Sequence record: SRR20825006_1712 | Strand: one strand, 5' to 3' | DNA: 52,122 bases | Shown here: in pieces, positions 1-8,584 of the stretch | How the letters are laid out: each line of letters begins with the position of its first letter | How positions within the stretch are numbered: position 1 is the first letter of the stretch | Position numbers and translations under genes: made by a program | The notes under the pieces: generated by a model | Told to the model about the DNA's origin: nothing | Databases searched by the model: none | Seen by the model: the letters and a program-made list of their open reading frames with translations, nothing else

Positions 1-1
1 C

Positions 2-613
2 CTCTCTTTTCAACACGCCCCTACTCTTGAAACTTTGCGGTTTCCGGATATTCTTTTGGAAAGAGAGGAAAATCTGCTGATTTTGGGAAAATCAGGAATA
101 GGCAAGACAACCCTGCTGCATCTTTTAGCGGGGTTGCTCCAGCCTAAAACAGGGACCGTAAACCTTGAAAATATTGCACTGCACTCACTTTCCGCTAAAA
201 AAAGAGACCGGTTTGTGGGCCAGCATATCGGGTTGGTTTTTCAAAAAAACTATGCGATTCGCTCGCTTGATGTGATGCAAAATTTAGAAGCCCGATTGTT
301 TTTTGCCGGGCTTAAAGCTAAAAGAGAACGCTTACACGACCTTCTTGACCAACTGGATTTAGCAGCGCATAAAAACAAAAAAATACATCAGTTGAGCGAA
401 GGACAGCTGCAGCGCCTAGGTATTGCTCTTGCAGTGGTGCATCAGCCTCAGGTGATTCTCGCAGACGAACCTACTTCAAGTCTGGATGATGAAAATTGCG
501 AAGTAGTGATGCAATTGCTTTTAAAACAAGCTGAGCAGCAAAATGCCAACCTGGTGGTCATCACCCACGACGCCAGAGTAAAACCCCTATTTCAAAACCA
601 AATTACCCTATGA
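2..613 (+). CDS. ABC transporter ATP-binding protein (LolD/MacB-like), 5'-truncated by the window edge
   Basis: Walker A GKSGIGKT, signature LSEGQ, Walker B ILADEPT, H-loop ITHD. The frame is open from base 2 (LSFQHAPTLETLRF...), so the true start lies upstream of the window. Confidence 0.9.
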   Translation, partial: LSFQHAPTLETLRFPDILLEREENLLILGKSGIGKTTLLHLLAGLLQPKTGTVNLENIALHSLSAKKRDRFVGQHIGLVFQKNYAIRSLDVMQNLEARLFFAGLKAKRERLHDLLDQLDLAAHKNKKIHQLSEGQLQRLGIALAVVHQPQVILADEPTSSLDDENCEVVMQLLLKQAEQQNANLVVITHDARVKPLFQNQITL

Positions 614-1869
614 ATATCTGGAAAATCAGCTTAAGCAATATTTTTCACAAACCGCTCTATGCTTTGCTGAGCGTGCTTTCGCTTTCCATCAGTATTGGTT
701 TGTTGTTGGGAATTCAACAGTTGGATGCTTCTATTAAATATCAATTTGAAAACAGTTTGGGTGATGTTGATATGGTGCTTGGGGCGAAAGGGAGTCCGCT
801 ACAATTGGTGCTCGCCAGTGTGCTGCATATGGACAACCCTACCGGAAATATTTCTTTGGCGGAAGCCGAAAAAATTACCAAGAATCCGCTTATCAAAAAA
901 GCGGTACCCATCTCTTACGGCGACAATTATCAAGGGTATAGAATTTTAGGAAGCAACGAAGAATTTGCCGGTTTGTATGAAGCGGAACTCGTGGAAGGTC
1001 GTGAACCGTCAAAATCTATGGAAGTAATCTTGGGCAGCACCGTGGCAGAAGAAACCGATTTAAAAATAGGCGATACCTTTATGAGTTCGCACGGACTTAC
1101 AGAAAATACGGTAGAAGTGCACAACCACCCATTGACCGTTGTGGGTATCTACAAACCTACCTACAAGGTCATTGATAAACTTATCGTGACCCGGTTAGAA
1201 AGCATCTGGGATGTTCATGAGCACGGAGAAGAACATAATGAGGAAGCGCACGCAGGCACTGCTAGCCATCAAGAAGAAGAACACCATCACGATGACAAGG
1301 AACATCATCATAAGGAATCAGACAAGGAAATTACCGCTATGCTTGTTTCTTTTCGCAATGCGATGGGAATGTTAACCATGCCCAGACGCATTAATAAAGA
1401 AACCAATATGCAGGCGGCGCTACCCAATTATGAGCTGGAGCGCTTGTTTAATTTCACCGGGGTTGGTGTCAGGGCTGTATCGTGGATTGCCTATATCATC
1501 CTGGCGATTTCCTGTGTCACCATTTTTATCAGTCTGTTTAAAATGGTGCGCGAGCGTGCTTTTGACCTCGCATTGATGCGCACGTACGGCGCGAGTAACT
1601 TTCAATTGGTGCGCATCGTCGCGTACGAAGGATTCCTGCTTGTAATCGTTTCGCTACTTGTTGGCGCACTGCTTTCGCAAGTAGGTTTGCACTTTGCATT
1701 TTCGGCGTTTCAAAGTGGTTACAATCAAGATATACTTTTAAAACTCCCCTACGCTCAAATGGTCAAAACGGTGGTTCTAATTCTCACAATGGTAGCCATC
1801 GCCATTTTACTCGCCATACTGCCCATTTTAAAAATGAACGTTTCAAAAATATTAAGTAATGAAAAGTAA
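610..1869 (+). CDS. FtsX/MacB-type ABC permease with a His/Glu-rich extracytoplasmic loop
   Basis: N-terminal TM, large periplasmic domain (GAKGSPLQLVL, PISYGDNY), three C-terminal TMs, ER..DLALMR.YGAS motif. ATGA overlap with the ATPase gene. Confidence 0.88.
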   Translation: MNIWKISLSNIFHKPLYALLSVLSLSISIGLLLGIQQLDASIKYQFENSLGDVDMVLGAKGSPLQLVLASVLHMDNPTGNISLAEAEKITKNPLIKKAVPISYGDNYQGYRILGSNEEFAGLYEAELVEGREPSKSMEVILGSTVAEETDLKIGDTFMSSHGLTENTVEVHNHPLTVVGIYKPTYKVIDKLIVTRLESIWDVHEHGEEHNEEAHAGTASHQEEEHHHDDKEHHHKESDKEITAMLVSFRNAMGMLTMPRRINKETNMQAALPNYELERLFNFTGVGVRAVSWIAYIILAISCVTIFISLFKMVRERAFDLALMRTYGASNFQLVRIVAYEGFLLVIVSLLVGALLSQVGLHFAFSAFQSGYNQDILLKLPYAQMVKTVVLILTMVAIAILLAILPILKMNVSKILSNEK

Positions 1870-2392
1870 ACAACATCAGAGCAATCCTAGTAGGCATTGT
1901 TTGAAAACCAATTTTCAATTTCCAGGCAAGCCACGGAGTATTAAACCTTTTGGCGGCGCCAATAAAATTTGTTTAGGCCTGTTCCTACTGGTTTCATTTT
2001 TTGGCTATAGCCAAAAAAACATCATCTGGCAGGATCTTGCCCAAGTGAACTTTGAAGAGAAATATTTTGAAACATATGGAGAATATTTTCTGTATCCACA
2101 TTTTGAAGATTCACTCAAAGCGATGGAAGGAAAACAAGTGACCATTACCGGCTTCTTCTTAAATATCGATCCGGAAAACGACATTTATATTCTCTCAAAA
2201 TCACCAATGGCTTCTTGTTTTTTCTGCGGTGCTGCAGGCCCGGAAACCGCCATAGAATTACAGTTTGACAATCCATCAAAGTATAGAACTGATGACGTGG
2301 TGACCGTTACGGGCGTACTTAACCTCAACGCCGATGACATCAACCATTTCAATTACATTTTAACCGATTGCACCGTAAAACGTGCTAAATAA
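1859..2392 (+). CDS. DUF3299-family exported protein with a 32-codon repeat-derived N-terminal insertion
   Basis: W.DL, 'GKQVTITGF', SCFFCG motif and OB-fold-like C-terminus. Lies in the usual position after the ATPase and permease. Confidence 0.75.
   Translation: MKSKQHQSNPSRHCLKTNFQFPGKPRSIKPFGGANKICLGLFLLVSFFGYSQKNIIWQDLAQVNFEEKYFETYGEYFLYPHFEDSLKAMEGKQVTITGFFLNIDPENDIYILSKSPMASCFFCGAAGPETAIELQFDNPSKYRTDDVVTVTGVLNLNADDINHFNYILTDCTVKRAK
1867..1966 (+). repeat. MITE-like dispersed repeat, copy 1 (in frame inside the CDS)
   Basis: Aligns by eye with 17929-18041 and 19042-19156 (taaac...gca...aattttYaattt...ggca...gagtat...ggc). Bounded by TAAA at 1867-1870 and 1963-1966. Confidence 0.7.
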
Positions 2393-2414
2393 CCCCCTAT
2401 AAAATCAATTAAAA

Positions 2415-3827
2415 ATGAACAGAAGACACTTTTTTAGAAATACGACTTTAGGAGCGCTAGGTACATCGTTACTTACCCCTTTTGACTCGCTACAAGCTGC
2501 GGAGCACGCCCTGAGTTTCAAGAACAAAAAGGCTAAAAACATCATTATGCTAGTGAGTGACGGGATGAGCACCGGAACGCTAAATATGGCCGATTTACAC
2601 CTGCGTAGACACACCGGAAAAAGCAGTAACTGGATGCAATTGTACAGCGACAATAAAGTGACCCGCGCATTGATGGATACCGCTTCGGCGAGTTCAATAG
2701 TGACTGATTCGGCGGCGGCGGCTTCTTCCTGGGGTGGCGGTGTGCGCGTGCCCAATGGCGCACTCAACGTGAGCCAAAACGGGGAACAGCATTTACCCTT
2801 GTGGCAAAAGTTTAAAAAAGCAGGAAAAAAAGCGGGAACGGTAACCACCGTTCCGGCGACACACGCTACACCAGCTGGTTTTTGTGTGAATTCTAAATCG
2901 CGAAATGCGATGGAAGATATTGCCGAAATGTATCTGGAACATCGATTTGATGTCGTGATGGGCGGTGCTCAAAAGTATTTTTCCGCGGAAGCGAGAAAAG
3001 ATAAAAAAGATGTATTCGCTGCTTTTGAAAATGCCGGCTATCAAGTTTTTAAAAACCGTAAGGAAATGCTCAATGCTAAACGCAAAAAACCAATTCTTGG
3101 TGTTTTTGGCAATGATGCCCTGCCCTACGCCATTGACCGTGAAAATGAGGAAACGCTAAAAAAGGAAACTCCATCTCTCGCAGAAATGACCCAAACAGCA
3201 ATCGATGCGATGAAAGACCACAAACAAGGATTTACCTTACTCGTAGAAGGTGGAAAAGTGGACTGGGCCGCACACGCCAACGACATTGCCGGTCTTATTT
3301 TTGACCAGATCGCTTTTGACGAAGCCATTAAGACAGCGATTGATTTTGCCGAAAAGGAAAAAGAAACCCTCGTGATCATCACTACAGACCACGGAAATGC
3401 CAATCCCGGTGTGATTTATGGCGGGGATGCCAATGACCATTTTGATTCTATACAGCACTACAAACATTCCAACGAATGGATTTTAAATGGTTTTAATCCG
3501 GATACGACTTTAAGTCAAATCAAAGAACGTATCAACTATGCTAATGGAATAGGTATCACCGATGAAGAAGCGCAGACTATTGTGCGGTATTATGATGATT
3601 TGGTTGCTGAAGATGGTTTGTACAACCCGCGGCATTTACCTTTTGGCGTGCTTGCAGATATTCAAAAACGCTACAACTCCGTAGGATGGATCAGTATGCA
3701 GCACTCAGCAGATTATGTTGAACTCGCGATGTATGGCCCGGGTAGCGAACTTTTGCAACCTTTTGTAAAAAATACAGATCTACACTATTTAATGCTCAAA
3801 GCCGCAGAGGTTGAAAATGTGTTTTAG
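2415..3827 (+). CDS. Alkaline phosphatase (PhoA family) with twin-arginine signal
   Basis: NRRHFF Tat motif; SDGM, VTDSAAAAS (catalytic Ser), HATPA, VEGGKVDWAAHAND and TTDHGN metal-ligand motifs. Confidence 0.92.
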   Translation: MNRRHFFRNTTLGALGTSLLTPFDSLQAAEHALSFKNKKAKNIIMLVSDGMSTGTLNMADLHLRRHTGKSSNWMQLYSDNKVTRALMDTASASSIVTDSAAAASSWGGGVRVPNGALNVSQNGEQHLPLWQKFKKAGKKAGTVTTVPATHATPAGFCVNSKSRNAMEDIAEMYLEHRFDVVMGGAQKYFSAEARKDKKDVFAAFENAGYQVFKNRKEMLNAKRKKPILGVFGNDALPYAIDRENEETLKKETPSLAEMTQTAIDAMKDHKQGFTLLVEGGKVDWAAHANDIAGLIFDQIAFDEAIKTAIDFAEKEKETLVIITTDHGNANPGVIYGGDANDHFDSIQHYKHSNEWILNGFNPDTTLSQIKERINYANGIGITDEEAQTIVRYYDDLVAEDGLYNPRHLPFGVLADIQKRYNSVGWISMQHSADYVELAMYGPGSELLQPFVKNTDLHYLMLKAAEVENVF

Positions 3828-3866
3828 ATATTCATTGAACTAATGATGAAGTGGCGCAAAAAGTTT

Positions 3867-3874
3867 TACTTTTG
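3867..3874 (+). promoter_or_regulatory. Bacteroidota -7 promoter element (TACTTTTG), implying a nearly leaderless mRNA for the Cys-rich ORF
   Basis: Matches TAnnTTTG and ends 5 nt before ATG 3880. Confidence 0.5.
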
Positions 3875-3879
3875 AAGTG

Positions 3880-4182
3880 ATGAAAATCCTAGTGATACTT
3901 TTTGCGCTACTTACTTTTTCCCTTTCGACGGTTACCTGCTGCGTGGGGAATATTACGGGCGTTGAGTATCATCAAGACGATGAGGATGATTGTGAAGATG
4001 GTCCGTGTGATGAGCCTTGCTCTCCCTTTTTCAACTGCGGTACTTGTACAGGGTTTTCAGTGCAAGAATTTGAAAATCTTGACTTTCAGCAAGAACAAAT
4101 CCCTACTCAAAAAATCGTTTCCATCAGTTATTTAAGAGCTGGAGAATTTCACGATTCTTCCTTTCGGCCTCCCCGGGCGTGA
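3880..4182 (+). CDS. Small Cys-rich exported protein (DUF6660-like), candidate regulatory leader ORF
   Basis: Signal-like N-terminus, acidic/Cys segment, CSPFFNCGTCTGF, C-terminal FRPPRA. Lies directly upstream of the TonB receptor. Start is GTG 3877 or ATG 3880. Confidence 0.7.
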   Translation: MKILVILFALLTFSLSTVTCCVGNITGVEYHQDDEDDCEDGPCDEPCSPFFNCGTCTGFSVQEFENLDFQQEQIPTQKIVSISYLRAGEFHDSSFRPPRA

Positions 4183-4235
4183 TTAAAATTGACTTTGTTT
4201 TTTCGCTTTAAGCGAAATGAAATCTCATTTTAATC
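4181..4235 (+). promoter_or_regulatory. Nested RNA hairpin between the leader ORF and the TonB receptor
   Basis: GATTAAAAT (4181-4189) is complementary to ATTTTAATC (4227-4235), enclosing TTTCGC-ttaa-like loop-GCGAAA (4201-4217). Confidence 0.55.
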
Positions 4236-4251
4236 CTCTTAAATTCTTTAA

Positions 4252-6420
4252 ATGAAACATCTTCATTTATGGCTGTTGCTGCTGTGTTGCAGTGCGGCTT
4301 TTGCCCAAAATACCTTTGTGGCAACCCTTAAAAATGCTGAAACGCAAGAACCGCTTTATGGCGTTTCGGTAAGTATTATAACATTAAATAAAGGCGCAAT
4401 TTCTAATGCTGAAGGACTCGTACGCATCGAGAATATCCCTAACGGAACCTATGCGCTCGAGCTGCGCTATGTAGGTTTTAAAACCCAAAATATCACCAGA
4501 ACTTTTCCGTTGAGCGCAGAAGAAAACAATCAGACCTTTTACCTGCATCACGCAGAAGAAGAAATGGACGAAGTCGTTATCCAGTCGACCCGTAGTTCGC
4601 GTACCTTTCAAGATATTCCCACACGTCTGGAATTTATTGCTGGCGAAGAACTTGCCGAAAAAGGCAATATGAAACCGGGCGATATCAGGATGTTGCTCAA
4701 TGAAAGTACGGGTATTCAAACGCAGCAAACCTCTGCAACGAGTTACAATTCTAGCATTCGTATCCAGGGGTTAGACGGGAAATACACGCAATTGCTGCGG
4801 GATGGACTCCCACTCTATTCGGGATATTCCGGCGGATTGAGTTTAATGCAGATCGCTCCGCTTGACCTCAAGCAAGTGGAAGTGATAAAAGGAGCTTCGT
4901 CTACACTTTACGGTGGCGGTGCAATTGCCGGACTCGTCAATCTGATCTCGAAGACCCCGGAAGACGAACCCGAATTGAGTTTTATGGCGAACGGAACTTC
5001 TGCACTAGGACTGGACCTTAGTGGGTTTTACTCCCAAAAATACGGCAAGACCGGAGCAACGGTTTTTGCTTCCTATAATCTGGGAACACCTTACGACCCC
5101 GCAGACAACGGACTGACGGCTATTCCAAAATTTGAGCGCTTTACGTTGAATCCTAAGTTCTATCTGTATCTCAATGAGAAAACCAATTTGAATGTAGGTT
5201 TTAACTATGTAAACGAGGATCGCTTGGGTGGCGCGATGGATTATGTAAAAGGAGATAGCGAAACCGGTTATTTTGAGCGGAATAAAACAGACCGACTTTC
5301 AACACAAGTATTGGGCAGTCATCAGTTAAGCGATAACACGGCACTGACGGTAAAAAACAGTATCAGCTTTTTTGAACGCGAAATTGATATTCCCAGTTAT
5401 ACTTTCGCCGGAAGGCAAACCTCATCATTTTCTGAAGTCAATATTGCAACAAGCCTTGCAAAAACTGAATGGGTTGTCGGTGCTAACTTATGGACCGAAA
5501 ATTTTAAACAACAGCAAGGTGATCCTGCTCAGGACTTAAGTTTTACCAATTATACTGCTGGAGTTTTTGCACAAAATATTTGGGATATTCAAGAACAATG
5601 GACGCTGGAAACCGGCTTGCGTACCGATTATCAGAGCGATTATGGTGTGTTTGTTTTGCCGCGTTTATCGCTAATGTTTGAGCCTACTAACTTGCTCACC
5701 TTTAGAATAGGCGGTGGTATGGGCTATAAAACGCCCACGGTTTTTACTGAAGATGTGGAGCGCTTGCAGTTTAGAAGTGTGCAACCCATCAATATCGATG
5801 AGACTGACGCTGAACGTTCGATTGGCTTCAACCTGGACGGAAATTACAAATGGTCTATCACTAATGACCTGAATTTGTCAACTAACGTGCTTCTGTTTTA
5901 CACACGTATTGACGATCCTATAGTACTTAACCGCACCTCTGGAGCAATGTATGAGTTCATTCAACCGGGTGGTCATATTGAAAGTAGTGGTATTGAAGCA
6001 AATATGCGCTGGAAGTACAAAGATTTTAAACTGTTTGTAGGTTATACTCTGGCCGATGTCAATCAGCATTACAATGGGGCAAGCGAGCAATACCCTTTGG
6101 TGTCTCAGCATCGTCTTAATAATGTGTTGATGTATGAAAAACACGACAACTTCTGGATAGGTTTAGAAGGGTATTATTACAGTCCGCAGAAGTTGAATGA
6201 CGGCACCACCGGTCAATCCTATTGGATTTTAGGCGTGATGACCGAAAAGAAACTGGGTGAGAAATTTTCAGTATTTCTCAATTTTGAGAACTTTTTAGAT
6301 ACGCGTCAATCCCGTTTTGACACGATTTATACCGGTACGCTGAATGACCCAAATTTCAGGGATATTTACGCTCCAGTTGATGGCTTTGTGATCAACGGCG
6401 GTTTTAAATTAAAGTTATAG
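4252..6420 (+). CDS. TonB-dependent outer membrane receptor with N-terminal carboxypeptidase-regulatory-like domain
   Basis: Signal peptide; N-terminal extension (YALELRYVGF); 'MDEVVIQSTR'; plug motifs IRIQGL and VEVIKGASSTLYGGGAIAGLVNLISK; C-terminal beta strand GGFKLKL. Confidence 0.93.
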   Translation: MKHLHLWLLLLCCSAAFAQNTFVATLKNAETQEPLYGVSVSIITLNKGAISNAEGLVRIENIPNGTYALELRYVGFKTQNITRTFPLSAEENNQTFYLHHAEEEMDEVVIQSTRSSRTFQDIPTRLEFIAGEELAEKGNMKPGDIRMLLNESTGIQTQQTSATSYNSSIRIQGLDGKYTQLLRDGLPLYSGYSGGLSLMQIAPLDLKQVEVIKGASSTLYGGGAIAGLVNLISKTPEDEPELSFMANGTSALGLDLSGFYSQKYGKTGATVFASYNLGTPYDPADNGLTAIPKFERFTLNPKFYLYLNEKTNLNVGFNYVNEDRLGGAMDYVKGDSETGYFERNKTDRLSTQVLGSHQLSDNTALTVKNSISFFEREIDIPSYTFAGRQTSSFSEVNIATSLAKTEWVVGANLWTENFKQQQGDPAQDLSFTNYTAGVFAQNIWDIQEQWTLETGLRTDYQSDYGVFVLPRLSLMFEPTNLLTFRIGGGMGYKTPTVFTEDVERLQFRSVQPINIDETDAERSIGFNLDGNYKWSITNDLNLSTNVLLFYTRIDDPIVLNRTSGAMYEFIQPGGHIESSGIEANMRWKYKDFKLFVGYTLADVNQHYNGASEQYPLVSQHRLNNVLMYEKHDNFWIGLEGYYYSPQKLNDGTTGQSYWILGVMTEKKLGEKFSVFLNFENFLDTRQSRFDTIYTGTLNDPNFRDIYAPVDGFVINGGFKLKL

Positions 6421-6431
6421 CCTTAAAATAG

Positions 6432-6463
6432 AAAACCCGCCAAGAGCACTCTTAGCGGGTTTT
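6432..6463. terminator. Bidirectional intrinsic terminator
   Basis: AAAACCCGCCAAGAG-ca-CTCTTAGCGGGTTTT between convergent genes. Confidence 0.8.
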
Positions 6464-6483
6464 ACAATTACTATCGCAAGCTT

Positions 6484-6990
6484 TTACATTTCTGCAGTTG
6501 TAGTGGTATCTACTTTAGCCATAATAGCCTGATGCTCATCCATCATCATGTTGTGTTCACTTTCCATTTCTTCGTGTTCACTCATAAGTTGCTGATGATT
6601 ATCCATCATTTCTTCAAGTTGTGCTTCCATTTCAGCTTCAGATTTTTCTTCAAAACCTGCCTTTAATTCTTCATGTGCTGCAATCATTGCATCGTGACCC
6701 TCAATAGTAGCCTCGTGTTTTTTCAAAATTGCCTCGTGTTTAGCAACATCTTCAAGAATGGTAGAATCTTGTAATTCCATCCCGTCTAGTGCAGTTGTGA
6801 ACTCTTCATGTTTCTGAGTCATTTCACTATGCACCGTTTTGAACTCGGCGTGCACCTGCTCAAGACTGTCGTGTTGCATTTCTAACTTGTCAAACTTTGC
6901 GGCAAGTTCTTTCTTTTGAGTATTCTCACAACCTACTAATACCAGTAGGAATGTAGAAAAGCTAAGTAATGTTCTAGATATAGTTTTCAT
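6484..6990 (-). CDS. His/Met/Glu-rich helical lipoprotein, probable metal-binding protein
   Basis: Lipobox LVG-C21; 12 His in three runs with exact 7-residue spacing. Confidence 0.75.
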   Translation of the reverse strand: MKTISRTLLSFSTFLLVLVGCENTQKKELAAKFDKLEMQHDSLEQVHAEFKTVHSEMTQKHEEFTTALDGMELQDSTILEDVAKHEAILKKHEATIEGHDAMIAAHEELKAGFEEKSEAEMEAQLEEMMDNHQQLMSEHEEMESEHNMMMDEHQAIMAKVDTTTTAEM

Positions 6991-7375
6991 AATTTTTAAT
7001 TTGGTCGAAATATAGTAAAATACTAGACTTGAGTATCTTAAAATTTATAAAAGCACAAAACATTTTGCTTTAAGCCAAATAACTACTTCTAGTATTCAAG
7101 CCTTTGCTCTGCATGTAAATTCCGCCAACAATAAATTCTACAACAATAACGTTTTCGTTGTAACAGTGCTTCTTCTTAAGAAGAGTGTTGACTTCTATAA
7201 AATTCTACAAAAGTGTAGAATAAGTCCACACTTTTGCTCTTAACAGCGCACACGGCACTTGAACACCTTTCCCCGTAAACTCTTGTTTTACAAGCGAAAC
7301 AGATTAAATCATTCAATTCTTCAGTTTGGGTCTTATTCTTGAATAATTCTATTCGGAAACCTAAAAAATTGAAAA

Positions 7376-8521
7376 ATGAATTATTTGAATAACCCTAATA
7401 CAAAGTTTGCTATACTCCTAGCGCTTTGTCTTACCGTTTTTGCTTCTTGTCGTGAAGAAGAAGTAGAAGACGAAGGATTACCGCTTCCGGTAATCAGTTT
7501 ACAAGAAACCAGCGCAGCTAAAAATTTTGAATACATCGGCTCGATAGAAGGTGTTGAATCTGTTGAGATCAGACCTCAAGTAGATGGAATTCTAGAAGAA
7601 ATATATGTTGATGAAGGAGAGTTTGTTGAAAAAGGACAGCCACTTTTTAAAATCAACAGTCAACCGTATATGGAAGACTATAAAAACGCAATGGCCAATG
7701 TAAACCTAGAGAAGGCTAAACTTGAAAAAGCACAAAGTGATGTTGAGCGTTTACAGCCATTAATTGATAATGAGGTAATTTCTGAAGTGCGTATGAAATC
7801 TGTAAAAGCAGATTATCAGGTAGCACTTTCTTCGTTGCAACAAGCACAGGCTCAGGCGGCCAACATGCGTATTAATCTTGATTTTACAACCATCAAAGCG
7901 CCGGTAAACGGTTTTATGGGACGTATCCCAAAATCTATTGGTAACGTGGTTAAGAAAACAGATTCTGAGCCATTGACCAATCTTTCAAACGTAAATGACA
8001 TTTACGTGTATTTTTCTATGAGTGAATCTGATTATCTTTATTTTGAGCGTGCTAAAAATGATACGCTTTCTAAAAAGAATAAAGTTAACGATCAGGTAAA
8101 ACTTGTTTTGGCCGACGGTTCAATCTATGAGCACGGAGGTAAAATTGATGCAAATTCAGGTCAGATTGACCGTTCTACAGGTTCGATCACACTGAGAGCA
8201 AAATTCAACAATCCAGATACTTTATTACGATCAGGGAACACCGGTAAAATTCTTATGGAAGAAATTTATCAAAGCGCCATCCTTGTTCCTCAGAGTGCCA
8301 CCACCTTTATTCAGGATAAGAAATTCGTCTTTATTCTTGATGAAAACAATATTGCTCAACGCCGTGAGATCATTACAAAAGGACGCTCAGGTGACAACTA
8401 TATTGTTGACTCTAAAAGCTTATCTCCTAAAGATCGCATTGTTGTTTCGGGCTTAGATAAATTGGCTTCAGGCATCAAAGTTAAACCGCTTCAAAGAGGT
8501 CAACTTACCAGCAGTCTGTAA
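7376..8521 (+). CDS. RND efflux periplasmic adaptor (MFP) lipoprotein
   Basis: Lipobox FAS-C; VEIRPQVDG, V.KGQPLFKI and TIKAPVNG motifs. Confidence 0.93.
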   Translation: MNYLNNPNTKFAILLALCLTVFASCREEEVEDEGLPLPVISLQETSAAKNFEYIGSIEGVESVEIRPQVDGILEEIYVDEGEFVEKGQPLFKINSQPYMEDYKNAMANVNLEKAKLEKAQSDVERLQPLIDNEVISEVRMKSVKADYQVALSSLQQAQAQAANMRINLDFTTIKAPVNGFMGRIPKSIGNVVKKTDSEPLTNLSNVNDIYVYFSMSESDYLYFERAKNDTLSKKNKVNDQVKLVLADGSIYEHGGKIDANSGQIDRSTGSITLRAKFNNPDTLLRSGNTGKILMEEIYQSAILVPQSATTFIQDKKFVFILDENNIAQRREIITKGRSGDNYIVDSKSLSPKDRIVVSGLDKLASGIKVKPLQRGQLTSSL

Positions 8522-8584
8522 CATTTCAGACCCATATTAAGAGTTCTTATTTCGTATTAAGTCTAATACCGAAACAACTAACCT

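Noticed and set aside
2405-3467. Several 60-150 aa ORFs overlapping the alkaline phosphatase
   Set aside because: Antisense or out-of-frame shadows of a well-supported gene with no motifs. The same applies to the many short nested ORFs elsewhere in the track.
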